A DNA stretch of 64,000 bases. Source: an uncultured Verrucomicrobiaceae bacterium. GTDB lineage: Bacteria > Pseudomonadota > Gammaproteobacteria > Pseudomonadales > CAMLJR01. Positions within the stretch are counted from its first letter, which is position 1. Each line of letters begins with the position of its first letter. The notes beneath the pieces were generated by a model that saw only the letters and a list, made by a program, of their open reading frames with translations, was not told the origin of the DNA and searched no databases. Made by a program: the position numbers and the translations under genes. The stretch spans positions 71,312 to 135,311 of the forward strand of contig CAZWBA010000008.1 of assembly GCA_964631955.1 (NCBI GenBank), read 5' to 3'. Shown here in pieces: positions 1-11,129 of the stretch.

Positions 1-114
<114 letters not shown>

Positions 115-234
115 TCACTTGCAGCGCATGCGCCGCTTTCTCTTTCTATTGGCGCGGACATTATCCGCCAGAAATACTTCTCTACCAGCAATAAAAAAGC
201 CCCAACAAGTGGGGCTTTTGATTTTTCGCCAAGG

Positions 235-492
235 TCAGGCGGTAACGATGCTGACCACTTTGCGCTTGTCGAGGCCCTTGCTCTCGAACAGGACCGTGCC
301 ATCGACCGTTGCAAACAGCGTATGGTCGCGGCCGACGCCCACATTGACGCCCGGACGAATTTTGGTACCGCGCTGACGCACGATGATGCTGCCTGCAGTG
401 ACTGCCTGGCCGCCGAACGCTTTCACGCCGAGGCGTTTTGCCTGAGAATCGCGACCGTTGCGGCTGGAACCGCCTGCTTTCTTGTGTGCCAT
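235..492 (-). CDS. rpmA: 50S ribosomal protein L27
   Basis: 85-aa [27 protein letters not shown]... is the canonical L27 sequence. Confidence 0.97.
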   Translation of the reverse strand: MAHKKAGGSSRNGRDSQAKRLGVKAFGGQAVTAGSIIVRQRGTKIRPGVNVGVGRDHTLFATVDGTVLFESKGLDKRKVVSIVTA

Positions 493-507
493 TGCTGTTC
501 TCCTGCC

Positions 508-819
508 TTACGCGATCGACGTGATTTTGATTGCGGTATACCACTGGCGATGGCCAGCGCGCTTCATGTGATGCTTACGACGGCGAAACTTGATGATTCG
601 CACTTTGTCGTGACGGCCTTGCTCAACCACTTCTGCCGTTACTTTGCTGCCAGCAACATACGGAGCGCCGATTTTGACGTTCTCGCCGTCGCTAACGAGC
701 AGCACCTTGTCGAAATCGATCGATGCACCAGTGGCGACTTCGAGCTTTTCCACTTTGAGGATTTCACCAGGCTGCACGCGATGCTGCTTGCCGCCGGTTT
801 CAATAATTGCGTAAGTCAT
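508..819 (-). CDS. rplU: 50S ribosomal protein L21
   Basis: 103-aa [29 protein letters not shown]... is the canonical L21 sequence, directly upstream of rpmA. Confidence 0.97.
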   Translation of the reverse strand: MTYAIIETGGKQHRVQPGEILKVEKLEVATGASIDFDKVLLVSDGENVKIGAPYVAGSKVTAEVVEQGRHDKVRIIKFRRRKHHMKRAGHRQWYTAIKITSIA

Positions 820-984
820 TGCTTGTACTCCGTAGAGCCTGCTTGCAGGGTTTTGCGTGCTTCACATTCCGGCGAGCCGGGGCAAGTTCAGGCAGCGCGA
901 AATCGCTATCGAAAACCGCGCTTTGGTTGGTTTCATTCCCTTCATCATGCGATGCGATCGGCAGCGCAGGCTAAAGGGCGGCAA

Positions 985-1013
985 ATTCTACGCAATGCGA
1001 TCAGCGAATACAA
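985..1013 (-). promoter_or_regulatory. Possible sigma70 promoter for rplU-rpmA-obg (TTGTAT-17 nt-TAGAAT on the minus strand)
   Basis: The reverse complement reads ttgtat tcgctgatcgcattgcg tagaat, about 165 nt upstream of the rplU start. Hexamer match only. Confidence 0.3.
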
Positions 1014-1069
1014 GCTTCAACTAGAATGTAGAAGCCTGGAGTAGATGCCTTTAACATCGAAGCCTGAAA

Positions 1070-1099
1070 ATAAAAAACCCGCAGCAGCGGGTTTTTTAT
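1070..1099 (-). terminator. Rho-independent terminator (bidirectional shape) after tRNA-Leu/secG
   Basis: aaaaaacccgcagcagcgggtttttt: a GC stem cccgc/gcggg flanked by an A-run and a T-run. Confidence 0.7.
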
Positions 1100-1107
1100 T
1101 TTCAATT

Positions 1108-1192
1108 TGGTGCCCAGGACTGGACTCGAACCAGCACGGCTTGCGCCACTACCACCTCAAGGTAGCGTGTATACCAATTTCACCACCTGGGC
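1108..1192 (-). tRNA. leuU: tRNA-Leu (anticodon GAG), long variable arm, CCA encoded
   Basis: Minus-strand sequence GCCCAGGTGGTGAAATTGGTATACACGCTACCTTGAGGTGGTAGTGGCGCAAGCCGTGCTGGTTCGAGTCCAGTCCTGGGCACCA. Acceptor GCCCAGG/CCTGGGC, anticodon stem CTACC/GGTAG with loop TTGAGGT, T-arm GCTGG TTCGAGT CCAGT. Located downstream of secG, as E. coli leuU is. Confidence 0.93.
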
Positions 1193-1201
1193 TAAATCTG
1201 A

Positions 1202-1588
1202 TTACTGCGCGGGAGCGGCAGGAACCTCCCCGTCGGCAGGCGCGGAATTGTGCTCGACTGCAGGAACCTCGTCAACCGATTTTGCAGGCGCAGGGACATT
1301 TTGTTGTGCAGGAATTTCACTGACAGGTATGCCGGGAATATCGGCCTGCGCAGCCGAATTATTTTTTGCAAGCACCGACAGCGCGAGACTTGTCGCAAAA
1401 AAAACCGTCGCACCAATTGCCGTGATGCGTGTCAGCGCATTACCGCTCCCTCGACTTCCAAATAATGTTTGCGAAGCGCCCGCGCCAAACGATGCCCCCA
1501 TATCGGCGCCCTTGCCTTGCTGAATCAGGATCAGACCGATAACGCATATCGCGGTCAGAACGTGCAGAACAATAATCAACATTTGCAT
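1202..1588 (-). CDS. secG: Preprotein translocase subunit SecG
   Basis: MQMLIIVLHVLTAICVIGLILIQQGKGADMGASFGAGASQTLFGSRG... is the typical SecG core, with a C-terminal Ala/Pro-rich tail. Confidence 0.93.
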   Translation of the reverse strand: MQMLIIVLHVLTAICVIGLILIQQGKGADMGASFGAGASQTLFGSRGSGNALTRITAIGATVFFATSLALSVLAKNNSAAQADIPGIPVSEIPAQQNVPAPAKSVDEVPAVEHNSAPADGEVPAAPAQ

Positions 1589-1593
1589 ACGAC

Positions 1594-2337
1594 TTATTCC
1601 GCCGCTTTACAAATCGCGGCAAACTCCTCTGCTTTGAGTGATGCGCCCCCGACGAGGCCGCCATCGATATCCGCTTGCGCAAACAATGCGTGAGCATTAT
1701 CTGCCTTCACACTACCGCCATATAAAATCGGCACTGTATCGGCCTGCTGTGACCGCAGCTGCTGCCGAATAAATGCATGAACCTCTTGTGCCTGCTCCGG
1801 CGTTGCCGTACGTCCCGTCCCGATTGCCCAGATGGGCTCGTACGCAATCACAATGCGCCGCAGATCAGCAGCACCCAATTGTTTTTGCAGTGCGCCAAGT
1901 TGTCTTGCGATGACATCGAGCGTTTCGTTCGATTCACGTTCCGCAAGACTTTCGCCCACACAAACGATCGGCGTTAAATGATTGTCGAGCGCAACGGCTG
2001 TCTTGATGGCCACCTGCTCATCGGATTCACCGAATAGCTGACGGCGCTCCGAGTGCCCGACAATCACAAACTCACAACCGCATTCGCGCAGCATGGTTGC
2101 CGACACTTCGCCGGTGAATGCACCCTGCAACTCCGTGCAAAGATTTTGCGCACCGAGCCTGATCGAGCTGTTCGTCAGCTGTTCGCGCACAGAAGCCAGA
2201 TACACAAACGGTGGGCAGACCGCAACTTCAACGGCCGATGAGACAGGCAGTATCGACACTAACTCGCGCAGCAACTCCGCATTTCCGGCGAAATTACCGT
2301 GCATTTTCCAATTGCCGACAACCCACTTGCGACGCAT
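1594..2337 (-). CDS. tpiA: Triosephosphate isomerase
   Basis: MRRKWVVGNWKMHG...VGHSERR...AYEPIWAIGTG motifs. The start was moved to the ATG at 2337, which aligns with the E. coli TpiA N-terminus; the ORF is open to 2358. Confidence 0.95.
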   Translation of the reverse strand: MRRKWVVGNWKMHGNFAGNAELLRELVSILPVSSAVEVAVCPPFVYLASVREQLTNSSIRLGAQNLCTELQGAFTGEVSATMLRECGCEFVIVGHSERRQLFGESDEQVAIKTAVALDNHLTPIVCVGESLAERESNETLDVIARQLGALQKQLGAADLRRIVIAYEPIWAIGTGRTATPEQAQEVHAFIRQQLRSQQADTVPILYGGSVKADNAHALFAQADIDGGLVGGASLKAEEFAAICKAAE

Positions 2338-2448
2338 GCGCTCTTCACCAACCAACAACTTGGGCCAACCAAAACGGCGGGCAATGGTAAACCAAAAAGC
2401 GGGCTAATTAAACCAACAAAAAAGGCCAGCCGTTGCCGGAAAATCGGC

Positions 2449-3786
2449 TCAGCCGACGGCGCGCCTCACCACATCGGCAAGTTCGCTGCAGAGCGATTGC
2501 ACGAGCGAACCATCCTCGCCCTCGACCATCACACGCACGACTGGCTCCGTACCCGATGGACGCAGCAACACGCGACCGCGACCGGCGAGGCGACTTTCAG
2601 CCATCGCAACTGCATCGCGCACGGAAGGTGCCGCATCCAGATCGACGCGCTGCGCCAATTTGACGTTATGCATTATCTGCGGGAATTTCTGCATGCCGGA
2701 TTTCAACTCGTGCAGCGATTTACCGGTGTGGATCACCGCAAACAAGACTTTCAGCGCGGCGATAATGCCGTCGCCCGTGGTGGTCACGTCGGAACAGATG
2801 ATATGCCCTGAATTTTCGCCGCCCAATTTCCAGCCGCGCGATTGCATCAGTTCATTGACGTAACGATCGCCCACTTTCGCACGGACGAAAGGTATCTCGA
2901 GTTCAGTCAGCGCCAATTCGAATCCAAGATTCGACATCAATGTACCGACGACGCCGTTGCAGCTTCCACGTGTACGCACTTCGTCGCAGGCGATGATGTA
3001 AAGCAATTCATCGCCATCGACCAGTTCGCCGCGATGATCGACGAATAACACGCGATCGCCGTCGCCATCGAATGCAATGCCAAGATCGGCCTTCTCAAGC
3101 AATACACGGCGACGCAATGCCTCCGGGGAAGTGGACCCCACATCGGCATTGATATTCAGACCATTGGGCTCCACGCCTAACGCAATGACTGTGGCGCCCA
3201 ATTCGTCGAGCACCGCGGGTGCAACGTGATAGTTCGCGCCATTCGCGCAATCGACCACGATTTTTTTTCCGCGCAGATTGAAATACGAAGGCACCGTGCT
3301 TTTGCAAAATTCGATATAGCGGCCTTCCGCGTCGCTGACGCGCACCACTTTGCCGAGCTGTGCGGAGTCGACGGTGGTCATTCGCTCATCGATTTGTTTT
3401 TCAATGTCGAGTTCGACGGCGTCGGGCAATTTCGTGCCTTCGCTGGAAAAGAATTTGATGCCATTGTCGTGATAGGGATTATGGGATGCGCTGATCACGA
3501 TGCCCGCCTGCGCATGGAATGTACGCGTCAGATAGGCGATTGCCGGTGTCGGCATCGGTCCCAGCAACGACACGTCCACTCCTGCAGCGACAAGGCCTGC
3601 TTCCAGCGCCGACTCGAACATATATCCGGAAATGCGGGTGTCCTTTCCGATAATGACTTTACTGCGGCCCTCGCGTGCGAAAACCTTTCCCGCCGCCCAG
3701 CCCAGCTTCAATACGAACTCTGGATTGATCGGCCCCTCACCGACTAAACCGCGCACGCCATCGGTACCGAAATAACGCCTACTCAT
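2449..3786 (-). CDS. glmM: Phosphoglucosamine mutase
   Basis: [13 protein letters not shown]...[19 protein letters not shown] has the active-site Ser motif of GlmM. Confidence 0.96.
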   Translation of the reverse strand: MSRRYFGTDGVRGLVGEGPINPEFVLKLGWAAGKVFAREGRSKVIIGKDTRISGYMFESALEAGLVAAGVDVSLLGPMPTPAIAYLTRTFHAQAGIVISASHNPYHDNGIKFFSSEGTKLPDAVELDIEKQIDERMTTVDSAQLGKVVRVSDAEGRYIEFCKSTVPSYFNLRGKKIVVDCANGANYHVAPAVLDELGATVIALGVEPNGLNINADVGSTSPEALRRRVLLEKADLGIAFDGDGDRVLFVDHRGELVDGDELLYIIACDEVRTRGSCNGVVGTLMSNLGFELALTELEIPFVRAKVGDRYVNELMQSRGWKLGGENSGHIICSDVTTTGDGIIAALKVLFAVIHTGKSLHELKSGMQKFPQIMHNVKLAQRVDLDAAPSVRDAVAMAESRLAGRGRVLLRPSGTEPVVRVMVEGEDGSLVQSLCSELADVVRRAVG

Positions 3787-4657
3787 TGCTGCTTTGCTCC
3801 TTCATGACTGCAGTGCATAACCGGACGACATCATTCGTCTCGCGAACATCATGCACACGAAATATGACCGCACCGCGCTGCACCGCAAGGGCCGCCAGTG
3901 CGAGACTGCCCGCCATGCGCCCATCGACGGGGCGATCGAGAATCGTACCTATCATCGATTTACGCGAAAGCCCGACCAGGATCGGACAACCCAGTGTCTG
4001 CAGCTGCGGCAGACGATTGAGCAGCGCCAGATTGTGTTGCGTGGTCTTACCGAATCCGAATCCCGGGTCGATCACGATGTTGCGGCGGGCGACCCCCAGT
4101 TTAGTACATGCCTCTATGCGCTGCGCCAGAAAGGCGGCGACCTCGCCCACCACATCGCCGTAATGTGGATCGAGCTGCATCGACCGGGGTTCACCCCGCA
4201 TGTGCATGAGGCAAGCCGGTAAACCCGTCGCCGCAGCGGCGCCGATTGCACCGGGGCGTTGCAATGCGCGCACATCATTGATAAATCCGACGCCCTTCGC
4301 AGCTGCCTCAAGCATGACTTCAGGATTGCTGGTATCGACCGAAAGCACCACATCGAGCTCGTGCACGAGCAGTTCAATGACCGGTAATACGCGATCCATT
4401 TCTTCCTGAGTCGAAACGGCTATCGCGCCGGGTCGAGTAGATTCACCGCCGATATCGATAAGGTCCGCACCATCGGCAACCATTTGCGCGGCGCGTTGCA
4501 GCACTTTATCGAGTGCCACTTTCCCTGCGGAAAAAACCGCACCGCCATCGGAAAACGAATCGGGAGTGACATTGAGAATGCCCATGACACGCGGGCGAGA
4601 CAGGTCTAAAACACGTCCGGCGCAGTTAAGCGCCGGACCGGAGTTCATTTCTGCCAT
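3779..4657 (-). CDS. folP: Dihydropteroate synthase
   Basis: [16 protein letters not shown]...[10 protein letters not shown] motifs. 8-nt overlap with the glmM start. Confidence 0.95.
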   Translation of the reverse strand: MAEMNSGPALNCAGRVLDLSRPRVMGILNVTPDSFSDGGAVFSAGKVALDKVLQRAAQMVADGADLIDIGGESTRPGAIAVSTQEEMDRVLPVIELLVHELDVVLSVDTSNPEVMLEAAAKGVGFINDVRALQRPGAIGAAAATGLPACLMHMRGEPRSMQLDPHYGDVVGEVAAFLAQRIEACTKLGVARRNIVIDPGFGFGKTTQHNLALLNRLPQLQTLGCPILVGLSRKSMIGTILDRPVDGRMAGSLALAALAVQRGAVIFRVHDVRETNDVVRLCTAVMKEQSSNE

Positions 4658-4666
4658 GCGAGTTAA

Positions 4667-6586
4667 TCAGTGCTCACCGGCTGGCCCGCCGATTGGACCC
4701 GCGCGATTGCTGTCCGAAGCTGATGGCTCGCCGCCACTCGGGCGATCATTACCCCAATCCGCCGGCGGCCGAGGCTTGCGGCCCGCCATAATATCGTCGA
4801 TTTGCGCGGCATCGATGGTTTCGTACTGCATCAGCGCATCGGACATCAAATCGAGCTTTTCGCGGTTTTCGGTTAACAACTTCTGCGCGGCTGCATAGCA
4901 CTCATCGATGATGCGACGCACCTCGTGATCGATATCCTTCGCGGTTTCGCCAGACACACTGCGCGAGCCGGTTGCTGCGCTGCGCCCGAGAAAAACTTCT
5001 TCCTCGCTCTCATCGTAAAGCAGTGGGCCCATCTTCTCGGACAAGCCCCACTTCGTCACCATGTTGCGAGCGATTTCCGTGGCACGCTTGATATCGTTCG
5101 ACGCACCCGTGGTAACGCCGTCGATACCATTGATCATCTCCTCAGCGATACGCCCGCCAAACAGCGAGCAGATATTGCTGATGATATGGCGGCGGCTCAG
5201 GCTGTAACGATCTTCCTCAGGAAGGAACATCGTCACACCGAGGGCGCGACCGCGCGGAATGATGCTGACCTTGTACACCGGGTCATGCTCAGGCATGAGA
5301 CGACCGACAATCGCATGGCCAGCTTCGTGATACGCGGTATTGCGCTTCTCGGCCTCGGACATAACCATCGATTTGCGCTCAGCGCCCATCATGATCTTGT
5401 CTTTGGCGAGTTCGAACTGGGTCATGCTGACCGTGCGCTTATTGGCGCGCGCCGCAAACAGCGCAGCCTCGTTCACAAGGTTGGCCAGATCGGCGCCGGA
5501 GAAGCCCGGCGTACCGCGTGCAATCACCGCCGGATCGACATCATCCGCCAGCGGCACTTTGCGCATGTGCACTTTGAGGATCTGCTCGCGCCCGCGGATA
5601 TCCGGCAAGCCGACCACCACCTGACGATCGAAACGACCCGGGCGCAACAAAGCGGGATCGAGTACATCGGGACGGTTGGTCGCGGCGATAACGATGATGC
5701 CGTCGTTCGCCTCGAATCCATCCATCTCCACGAGTAACTGGTTCAGTGTCTGCTCGCGTTCGTCGTGGCCACCGCCGAGACCCGCACCGCGATGGCGACC
5801 CACCGCATCGATCTCGTCGATGAAGATGATGCACGGCGATTGCTTCTTGGCCTGATCGAACATATCGCGTACACGCGAGGCGCCGACACCGACGAACATT
5901 TCGACGAAATCGGAGCCCGAAATCGAGAAGAACGGTACTTTTGCTTCACCGGCAATGGCTTTCGCCAGCAGGGTTTTACCCGTACCGGGCTGGCCGACCA
6001 TGAGAATGCCGCGCGGAATACGGCCACCCAATTTTTGGAACTTACCCGGATCGCGCAGGAATTCGACGAGCTCTTTCACGTCCTCTTTGGCTTCATCGCA
6101 ACCGGCGACATCGGCGAATGTGGTTTTGATCTGATCCTCGCCGAGCAGGCGCGCCTTGCTCTTGCCGAATGCCATCGGGCCACCCCGACCACCGGCGCCC
6201 CCCTGCATCTGACGCATGAAAAACATGAATACGATGATGATGATCAAAATCGGGAAGCTGGCCACCAGCAATTGCGACCACAGACTCTGGCCATCCGGCT
6301 TAACGACCTTGACTTCGACCTTGTGCTTGATGAGGTCGTCCATCATGCGCGGATCCTGCACCGAGTAGGGAACCACGGTTTCGAATACCGAACCGTCTGT
6401 ACGCTCGCCCGTGATGATCAAACCATCGATGGTGACCTTGCGCACAACGTCGCTTTGTACCGCCTCGACGAAGGTCGAGTAATTCATCGGCTCAGGCGCT
6501 GCGCGCATACTGAAATTGTTGAACACCGTCAGCAGAACCGCCGCGATGATCAACCACAACAGAAGATTCTTAGCCATGTCGTTCAA
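4667..6586 (-). CDS. ftsH: ATP-dependent zinc metalloprotease FtsH
   Basis: [18 protein letters not shown] segment, Walker A GPPGTGKT-like [13 protein letters not shown], and the zinc site HEAGHAIV. The start is either TTG at 6586 (a GAGAGGG motif 8 nt upstream) or ATG at 6577. Confidence 0.97.
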   Translation of the reverse strand: MNDMAKNLLLWLIIAAVLLTVFNNFSMRAAPEPMNYSTFVEAVQSDVVRKVTIDGLIITGERTDGSVFETVVPYSVQDPRMMDDLIKHKVEVKVVKPDGQSLWSQLLVASFPILIIIIVFMFFMRQMQGGAGGRGGPMAFGKSKARLLGEDQIKTTFADVAGCDEAKEDVKELVEFLRDPGKFQKLGGRIPRGILMVGQPGTGKTLLAKAIAGEAKVPFFSISGSDFVEMFVGVGASRVRDMFDQAKKQSPCIIFIDEIDAVGRHRGAGLGGGHDEREQTLNQLLVEMDGFEANDGIIVIAATNRPDVLDPALLRPGRFDRQVVVGLPDIRGREQILKVHMRKVPLADDVDPAVIARGTPGFSGADLANLVNEAALFAARANKRTVSMTQFELAKDKIMMGAERKSMVMSEAEKRNTAYHEAGHAIVGRLMPEHDPVYKVSIIPRGRALGVTMFLPEEDRYSLSRRHIISNICSLFGGRIAEEMINGIDGVTTGASNDIKRATEIARNMVTKWGLSEKMGPLLYDESEEEVFLGRSAATGSRSVSGETAKDIDHEVRRIIDECYAAAQKLLTENREKLDLMSDALMQYETIDAAQIDDIMAGRKPRPPADWGNDRPSGGEPSASDSNRAGPIGGPAGEH

Positions 6587-6939
6587 GTGCGGGGCCCTCT
6601 CTTTTGCCGCCTGATTCGCGATTTACGCGAAGTACCACCTCTGGAAAACTCCGATGCAGATTTAGCGCATCGTCAACTAAAGACACTGTACTACAGAACC
6701 CGGAGCCTCTCCATGCGCTGGCGTCCGCACTTTTACGTAGAGCGCCAGGAAAATGCCGCAGATGGGATGCAGATGGGATATTGGGGCGCCGACCGCAAAT
6801 ACAATGACTGCCAGCACCTCACCGATTTGCTTCATACCGCCACGCAGATTCGCTCTTGCCGCCGCGCCGACCTTTTACTTTCTGCTGCCATCGTTCTGCA
6901 TTACAATGCGCGCCCCTTCCCTTGACTCTTCGTATTTCC

Positions 6940-7248
6940 ATGCCTCTCGATCAGACCCGCAAAAAACAACTCCGTGCCATCGGTCATCAACTCAACCCGG
7001 TGGTGATGATTTCCGAACGCGGTGTATCGGAAGGTGTCAGCCTGGAGCTCGAGCGTGCGCTCGAAGATCACGAGCTGATCAAGGTTAAGCTGGGGATTGC
7101 AGATCCGAGTGAACGACGTGAATTGGCGGCGGCGATTTGTGAACAGCATCGTGCCGAACTGGTACAGGCAGTCGGTAAAGTTATTTTGATTTATCGCGCC
7201 GCGCAGAAGCCCAATCCTCGCCTGTCGAATCTTTTACGTCCCCTGTAA
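6940..7248 (+). CDS. yhbY: CRS1/YhbY-family RNA-binding protein
   Basis: MPLDQTRKKQLRAIGHQLNPVVMISERGVSEGVSLELERALEDHELIKVKL is the YhbY/CRM-domain signature. The ORF is open from 6856 but the homology starts at the ATG at 6940. Confidence 0.88.
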   Translation: MPLDQTRKKQLRAIGHQLNPVVMISERGVSEGVSLELERALEDHELIKVKLGIADPSERRELAAAICEQHRAELVQAVGKVILIYRAAQKPNPRLSNLLRPL

Positions 7249-7281
7249 ATTTTCTTATTCCCATAGGGGCGGACCTGCGAG

Positions 7282-7764
7282 TCAGATGTGTGTCACATCG
7301 TCGATTTCGTATTCGACGTCACCGCCCGGCGCCTTCACCACAACCACATCACCGCATTCTTTACCGATCAGTGCGCGCGCGATCGGCGAAGTGACTGAAA
7401 TACGATTCTGTTTGACGTCGGCTTCGTCCTCACCAACGATTTTGTAAGTCACCGCTTCGTCGGTTTCGCAGTTAATCAGATCGACGGTTACACCGAAAAT
7501 CACTTTGCCCGTATGCGGAATTTTAGTGATATCGATGATGCGCGCATCGGCGAGCTTGCCTTCGATTTCCTGAATGCGTCCTTCGCAAAAACTCTGCTGC
7601 TCACGTGCAGCGTGATATTCCGCGTTTTCTTTTAAATCGCCGTGCGCGCGCGCTTCCGCAATTGCCGCAATAATACGCGGGCGCACCACGCTTTTTAAAT
7701 TTTGTAATTCTTCGCGCAACGCGGCCTCCCCGGCCACGGTCATCGGAACCTGTCCCGTGCTCAT
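7282..7764 (-). CDS. greA: Transcription elongation factor GreA
   Basis: ...[34 protein letters not shown]... is nearly identical to the E. coli GreA core. ATGA overlap with the carB stop. Confidence 0.96.
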   Translation of the reverse strand: MSTGQVPMTVAGEAALREELQNLKSVVRPRIIAAIAEARAHGDLKENAEYHAAREQQSFCEGRIQEIEGKLADARIIDITKIPHTGKVIFGVTVDLINCETDEAVTYKIVGEDEADVKQNRISVTSPIARALIGKECGDVVVVKAPGGDVEYEIDDVTHI

Positions 7765-10700
7765 GCGCTTGCTCTCCCAAAGGCTTTGTGTACTTCCTGC
7801 AGCGGTCGTACCGCTTTTTCTTCACCGTGACGCAGCGCTTGCACGACTGCTTCCGCACCGGCGAGCGTGGTGCTGTAAAAAATTTTCTGCGCCAGCGCCG
7901 AGCGACGAATCGTCGACGAATCCGCGATCGCCTGACGACCCTCGGTAGTGTTGACGATCAAATGGATCTCGCCATTTTTCACCATGTCGACAATATGCGG
8001 ACGGCCTTCCGTCACCTTATTCACGCGCTGACACTCGATGCCTGCAGCGGCGAGTACGCGTTGCGTACCGCGCGTTGCGCACAAGGTAAATCCGAGCGCG
8101 ACAAGGTCGCGGCCAACCTGCACCACATCGGCTTTATCCTGATCGCGCACGCTGAGAAATACCTTGCCGTCCTTCGGCAATTTTTCACCCGCGCCCCACT
8201 GCGCTTTTGCGTAGGCTTCCGCGAAGGTATCGCCGAGCCCCATCACTTCGCCCGTCGATTTCATTTCCGGGCCGAGAATCGGATCGACACCGGGGAATTT
8301 ATTGAACGGGAATACCGCTTCTTTCACGCAGTAATACGGCGGCACCACTTCTTTCGTGAAGTGTTGCTCCGCCAGTGTTTTTCCTGCCATGCAACGCGCT
8401 GCAACTTTTGCGAGCGACACACCGATCGCTTTCGACACGAACGGCACCGTACGCGATGCGCGCGGATTCACTTCGATCACATAAACTTCGCCATCCTGCA
8501 CCGCGAGCTGCACGTTCATCAAACCGACAACGCCGAGTTCGAGCGCCATGCGCTTCACCTGCTCGCGCATTTTGTCCTGCAACTCTGCGCTCAACGAATA
8601 TGGCGGTAGCGAGCACGCCGAATCACCCGAGTGAATTCCCGCCTGCTCGATGTGCTGCATGATCGCGCCGATCACCACGGTTTCGCCATCGCTCACCGCA
8701 TCGACATCGATTTCAACCGCCGCATGCAGGAAGTGATCGAGCAACACCGGCGAATCTTCCGATACCTGCACGGCTTCGCGCATGTAGCGTTTTAATTCGT
8801 CCTCTTTGTGCACGACTTCCATCGCACGGCCACCGAGAACATAAGATGGACGCACAACCAGCGGATAACCGATTTTTTGCGCTGCAATTAATGCCTGCTC
8901 GGTCGAGCGCACAGTCGCGTTGGGCGGCTGCTTCAATTGCAAACGCTCGATCATTTGCTGGAAACGTTCGCGATCTTCCGCACGATCGATTGCATCGGGA
9001 CTTGTACCGATAATTGGTACGCCATTCGCCTCAAGATCGCGTGCTAATTTCAGCGGTGTCTGTCCGCCGAATTGCACGATTACACCTTTCGGTTTTTCTT
9101 TCGCGACGATTTCCAGAACATCTTCGAGTGTGACGGGGTCGAAATACAAACGATCAGACGTGTCGTAATCGGTCGAAACGGTTTCGGGGTTACAGTTAAC
9201 CATGATGGTCTCGTAACCGTCTTCACGCATCGCGAGCGCCGCATGTACACAGCAATAATCGAATTCAATGCCCTGACCGATACGATTCGGTCCACCGCCT
9301 AATACGAGAATTTTATCGCGCTCGCTGACGTTCGCTTCGCACTCTTCTTCGTAGGTCGAATACATGTACGCCGTGCTGGTCGAAAATTCCGCGGCACAGG
9401 TATCGACGCGCTTGAACACGGGGCGCACATTCAATTGATGGCGACGTTTGCGCAATTCTTTTTCGCTGACACCCAACAATACCGCCAGGCGCTTGTCGGA
9501 AAAACCTTTGCGCTTGAGCTCAAGCATTTTTGTTGCGGAAATATCCGACAACGCAATCGTCTTCAATGCATTTTCAGTTTTAACGAGGTCTTCGATCTGT
9601 ACGAGGAACCACGGATCGATCGCCGAATATTCGTAAACCTCATCGATATTCATGCCCGAGCGGAACGCATCGGCGACATACCAGATTCTTTCCGGACCGG
9701 GATTTTTCAATTCGCCGATCAAAATATCGCGCGCATCTTCAGCATCGATATCGACTTTATGCTCGAAACCTGCGGAACCCACTTCAAGGCCGCGCAACGC
9801 CTTCTGCACCGACTCCTGAAATGAACGACCGATCGCCATCACTTCGCCGACCGACTTCATCTGCGTGTGCAAACGCGAATTTGCTTCGGGGAATTTTTCG
9901 AACGTAAAGCGTGGAATTTTTGTAACGACGTAATCGATCGACGGTTCGAACGATGCCGGTGTTGCACCGCCGGTAATTTCGTTGCGCAATTCGTCGAGCG
10001 TATAACCAATCGCCAATTTCGCAGCGACTTTTGCAATCGGAAAACCCGTCGCTTTCGATGCCAATGCAGACGAACGCGATACGCGCGGATTCATTTCAAT
10101 GACGACCATGCGGCCATCTTTCGGATTGACGCCGAACTGAACGTTCGAGCCGCCCGTTTCAACACCGATTTCGCGCAACACGGCGATCGATGCATTACGC
10201 ATGATTTGGTATTCGCGATCGGTGAGCGTTTGCGCGGGCGCAACGGTAATCGAATCGCCGGTGTGTACGCCCATCGCATCGAAGTTTTCGATCGAACAAA
10301 TGATGATGCAGTTGTCGTTTTTATCACGCACAACTTCCATCTCGTATTCTTTCCAGCCGATCAGCGATTCATCGATCAGCAATTCTTTCGTCGGCGATAA
10401 GTCCAGACCGCGTTCGCAGATTTCCATGAATTCATCGCGGTTGTACGCGATACCACCGCCCGAACCACCCATCGTGAACGACGGGCGAATGATACATGGG
10501 AAACCGATCTGATCGAGCACCTGCAACGCTTCTTCCATACTGTGCGCAATCGCCGCGCGCGGCGATTCGAGACCGATGCGCGTCATCGCCTGACGAAATA
10601 ACTGGCGATCCTCGGCTTTATCGATGGCTTCCTTGGTCGCGCCGATCAATTCGACATTGAATTTTTCAAGTACACCATGCTTGGCCAGATCGAGCGCGCA

Positions 10701-10991
10701 ATTGAGCGCCGTTTGCCCGCCCATCGTGGGCAATAACGCATCAGGCCGCTCTTTCTCGATGATTTTTTCAACGGTGCGCCAGGTGACCGGCTCGATGTAG
10801 GTCGCATCCGCCATTTGCGGATCGGTCATGATGGTGGCGGGGTTCGAGTTCACCAGAATGACGCGATAACCTTCCTCGCGCAGCGCCTTACACGCCTGCG
10901 CACCCGAATAATCGAACTCACAGGCCTGGCCGATAACGATCGGGCCGGCGCCGATAATCAGGATGCTTTTGATGTCGGTACGTTTCGGCAT
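7761..10991 (-). CDS. carB: Carbamoyl-phosphate synthase large subunit
   Basis: 1076 aa, [42 protein letters not shown]..., duplicated ATP-grasp halves. Confidence 0.98.
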   Translation of the reverse strand: MPKRTDIKSILIIGAGPIVIGQACEFDYSGAQACKALREEGYRVILVNSNPATIMTDPQMADATYIEPVTWRTVEKIIEKERPDALLPTMGGQTALNCALDLAKHGVLEKFNVELIGATKEAIDKAEDRQLFRQAMTRIGLESPRAAIAHSMEEALQVLDQIGFPCIIRPSFTMGGSGGGIAYNRDEFMEICERGLDLSPTKELLIDESLIGWKEYEMEVVRDKNDNCIIICSIENFDAMGVHTGDSITVAPAQTLTDREYQIMRNASIAVLREIGVETGGSNVQFGVNPKDGRMVVIEMNPRVSRSSALASKATGFPIAKVAAKLAIGYTLDELRNEITGGATPASFEPSIDYVVTKIPRFTFEKFPEANSRLHTQMKSVGEVMAIGRSFQESVQKALRGLEVGSAGFEHKVDIDAEDARDILIGELKNPGPERIWYVADAFRSGMNIDEVYEYSAIDPWFLVQIEDLVKTENALKTIALSDISATKMLELKRKGFSDKRLAVLLGVSEKELRKRRHQLNVRPVFKRVDTCAAEFSTSTAYMYSTYEEECEANVSERDKILVLGGGPNRIGQGIEFDYCCVHAALAMREDGYETIMVNCNPETVSTDYDTSDRLYFDPVTLEDVLEIVAKEKPKGVIVQFGGQTPLKLARDLEANGVPIIGTSPDAIDRAEDRERFQQMIERLQLKQPPNATVRSTEQALIAAQKIGYPLVVRPSYVLGGRAMEVVHKEDELKRYMREAVQVSEDSPVLLDHFLHAAVEIDVDAVSDGETVVIGAIMQHIEQAGIHSGDSACSLPPYSLSAELQDKMREQVKRMALELGVVGLMNVQLAVQDGEVYVIEVNPRASRTVPFVSKAIGVSLAKVAARCMAGKTLAEQHFTKEVVPPYYCVKEAVFPFNKFPGVDPILGPEMKSTGEVMGLGDTFAEAYAKAQWGAGEKLPKDGKVFLSVRDQDKADVVQVGRDLVALGFTLCATRGTQRVLAAAGIECQRVNKVTEGRPHIVDMVKNGEIHLIVNTTEGRQAIADSSTIRRSALAQKIFYSTTLAGAEAVVQALRHGEEKAVRPLQEVHKAFGRASA

Positions 10992-11018
10992 GTGTATTCA
11001 CTCAGATTTGCGTTAACG

Positions 11019-11108
11019 CCCCTCTCCCATTTAGGGAGAGGGGTTGGGGGTGAGGGCATTCATCGAGCGACTGCCCTCTCCCTAACCCTCTCCCCCAAAG
11101 GGAGAGGG
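11019..11108. repeat. Compound palindromic intergenic repeat built from CCCTCTCCC/GGGAGAGGG units (REP-like)
   Basis: Contains cccctctccc-attta-gggagagggg, then gggtgagggc...gccctctccc, then ccctctcc-cccaaag-ggagaggg. Located between carA and carB. Confidence 0.6.
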
Positions 11109-11129
11109 AATAAAATCTAACAGATACAG

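Noticed and set aside
322-1044. 240-aa plus-strand ORF
   Set aside because: Antisense to rpmA and rplU and running into their promoter region. It is a compositional artefact.
6677-6835. 52-aa hydrophobic minus-strand ORF (MKQIGEVLAVIVFAVGAPISHLHPICGIFLALYV...) in the ftsH-yhbY spacer
   Set aside because: It has no convincing Shine-Dalgarno sequence, it is below the ORF-track threshold, and nothing links it to a known family. It is kept only as a possibility to check by ribosome profiling.
5765-6925. 386-aa plus-strand ORF
   Set aside because: It lies antisense to ftsH, which has unmistakable AAA and zinc-protease motifs. Long antisense ORFs are expected in GC-rich coding DNA, and this one has no recognisable motifs.
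7788-8609. 273-aa plus-strand ORF, with similar ones at 9867-10400 and 11160-11957
   Set aside because: Antisense shadows of carB and carA. Arg/His-rich low-complexity translations with no homology features.
11002-11120. Possible CRISPR-like array because of reiterated GGGAGAGGG units
   Set aside because: The units are about 9-10 nt, are arranged as inverted rather than direct repeats, lack unique spacers of constant length, and have no cas genes nearby. This is REP-type structure instead.
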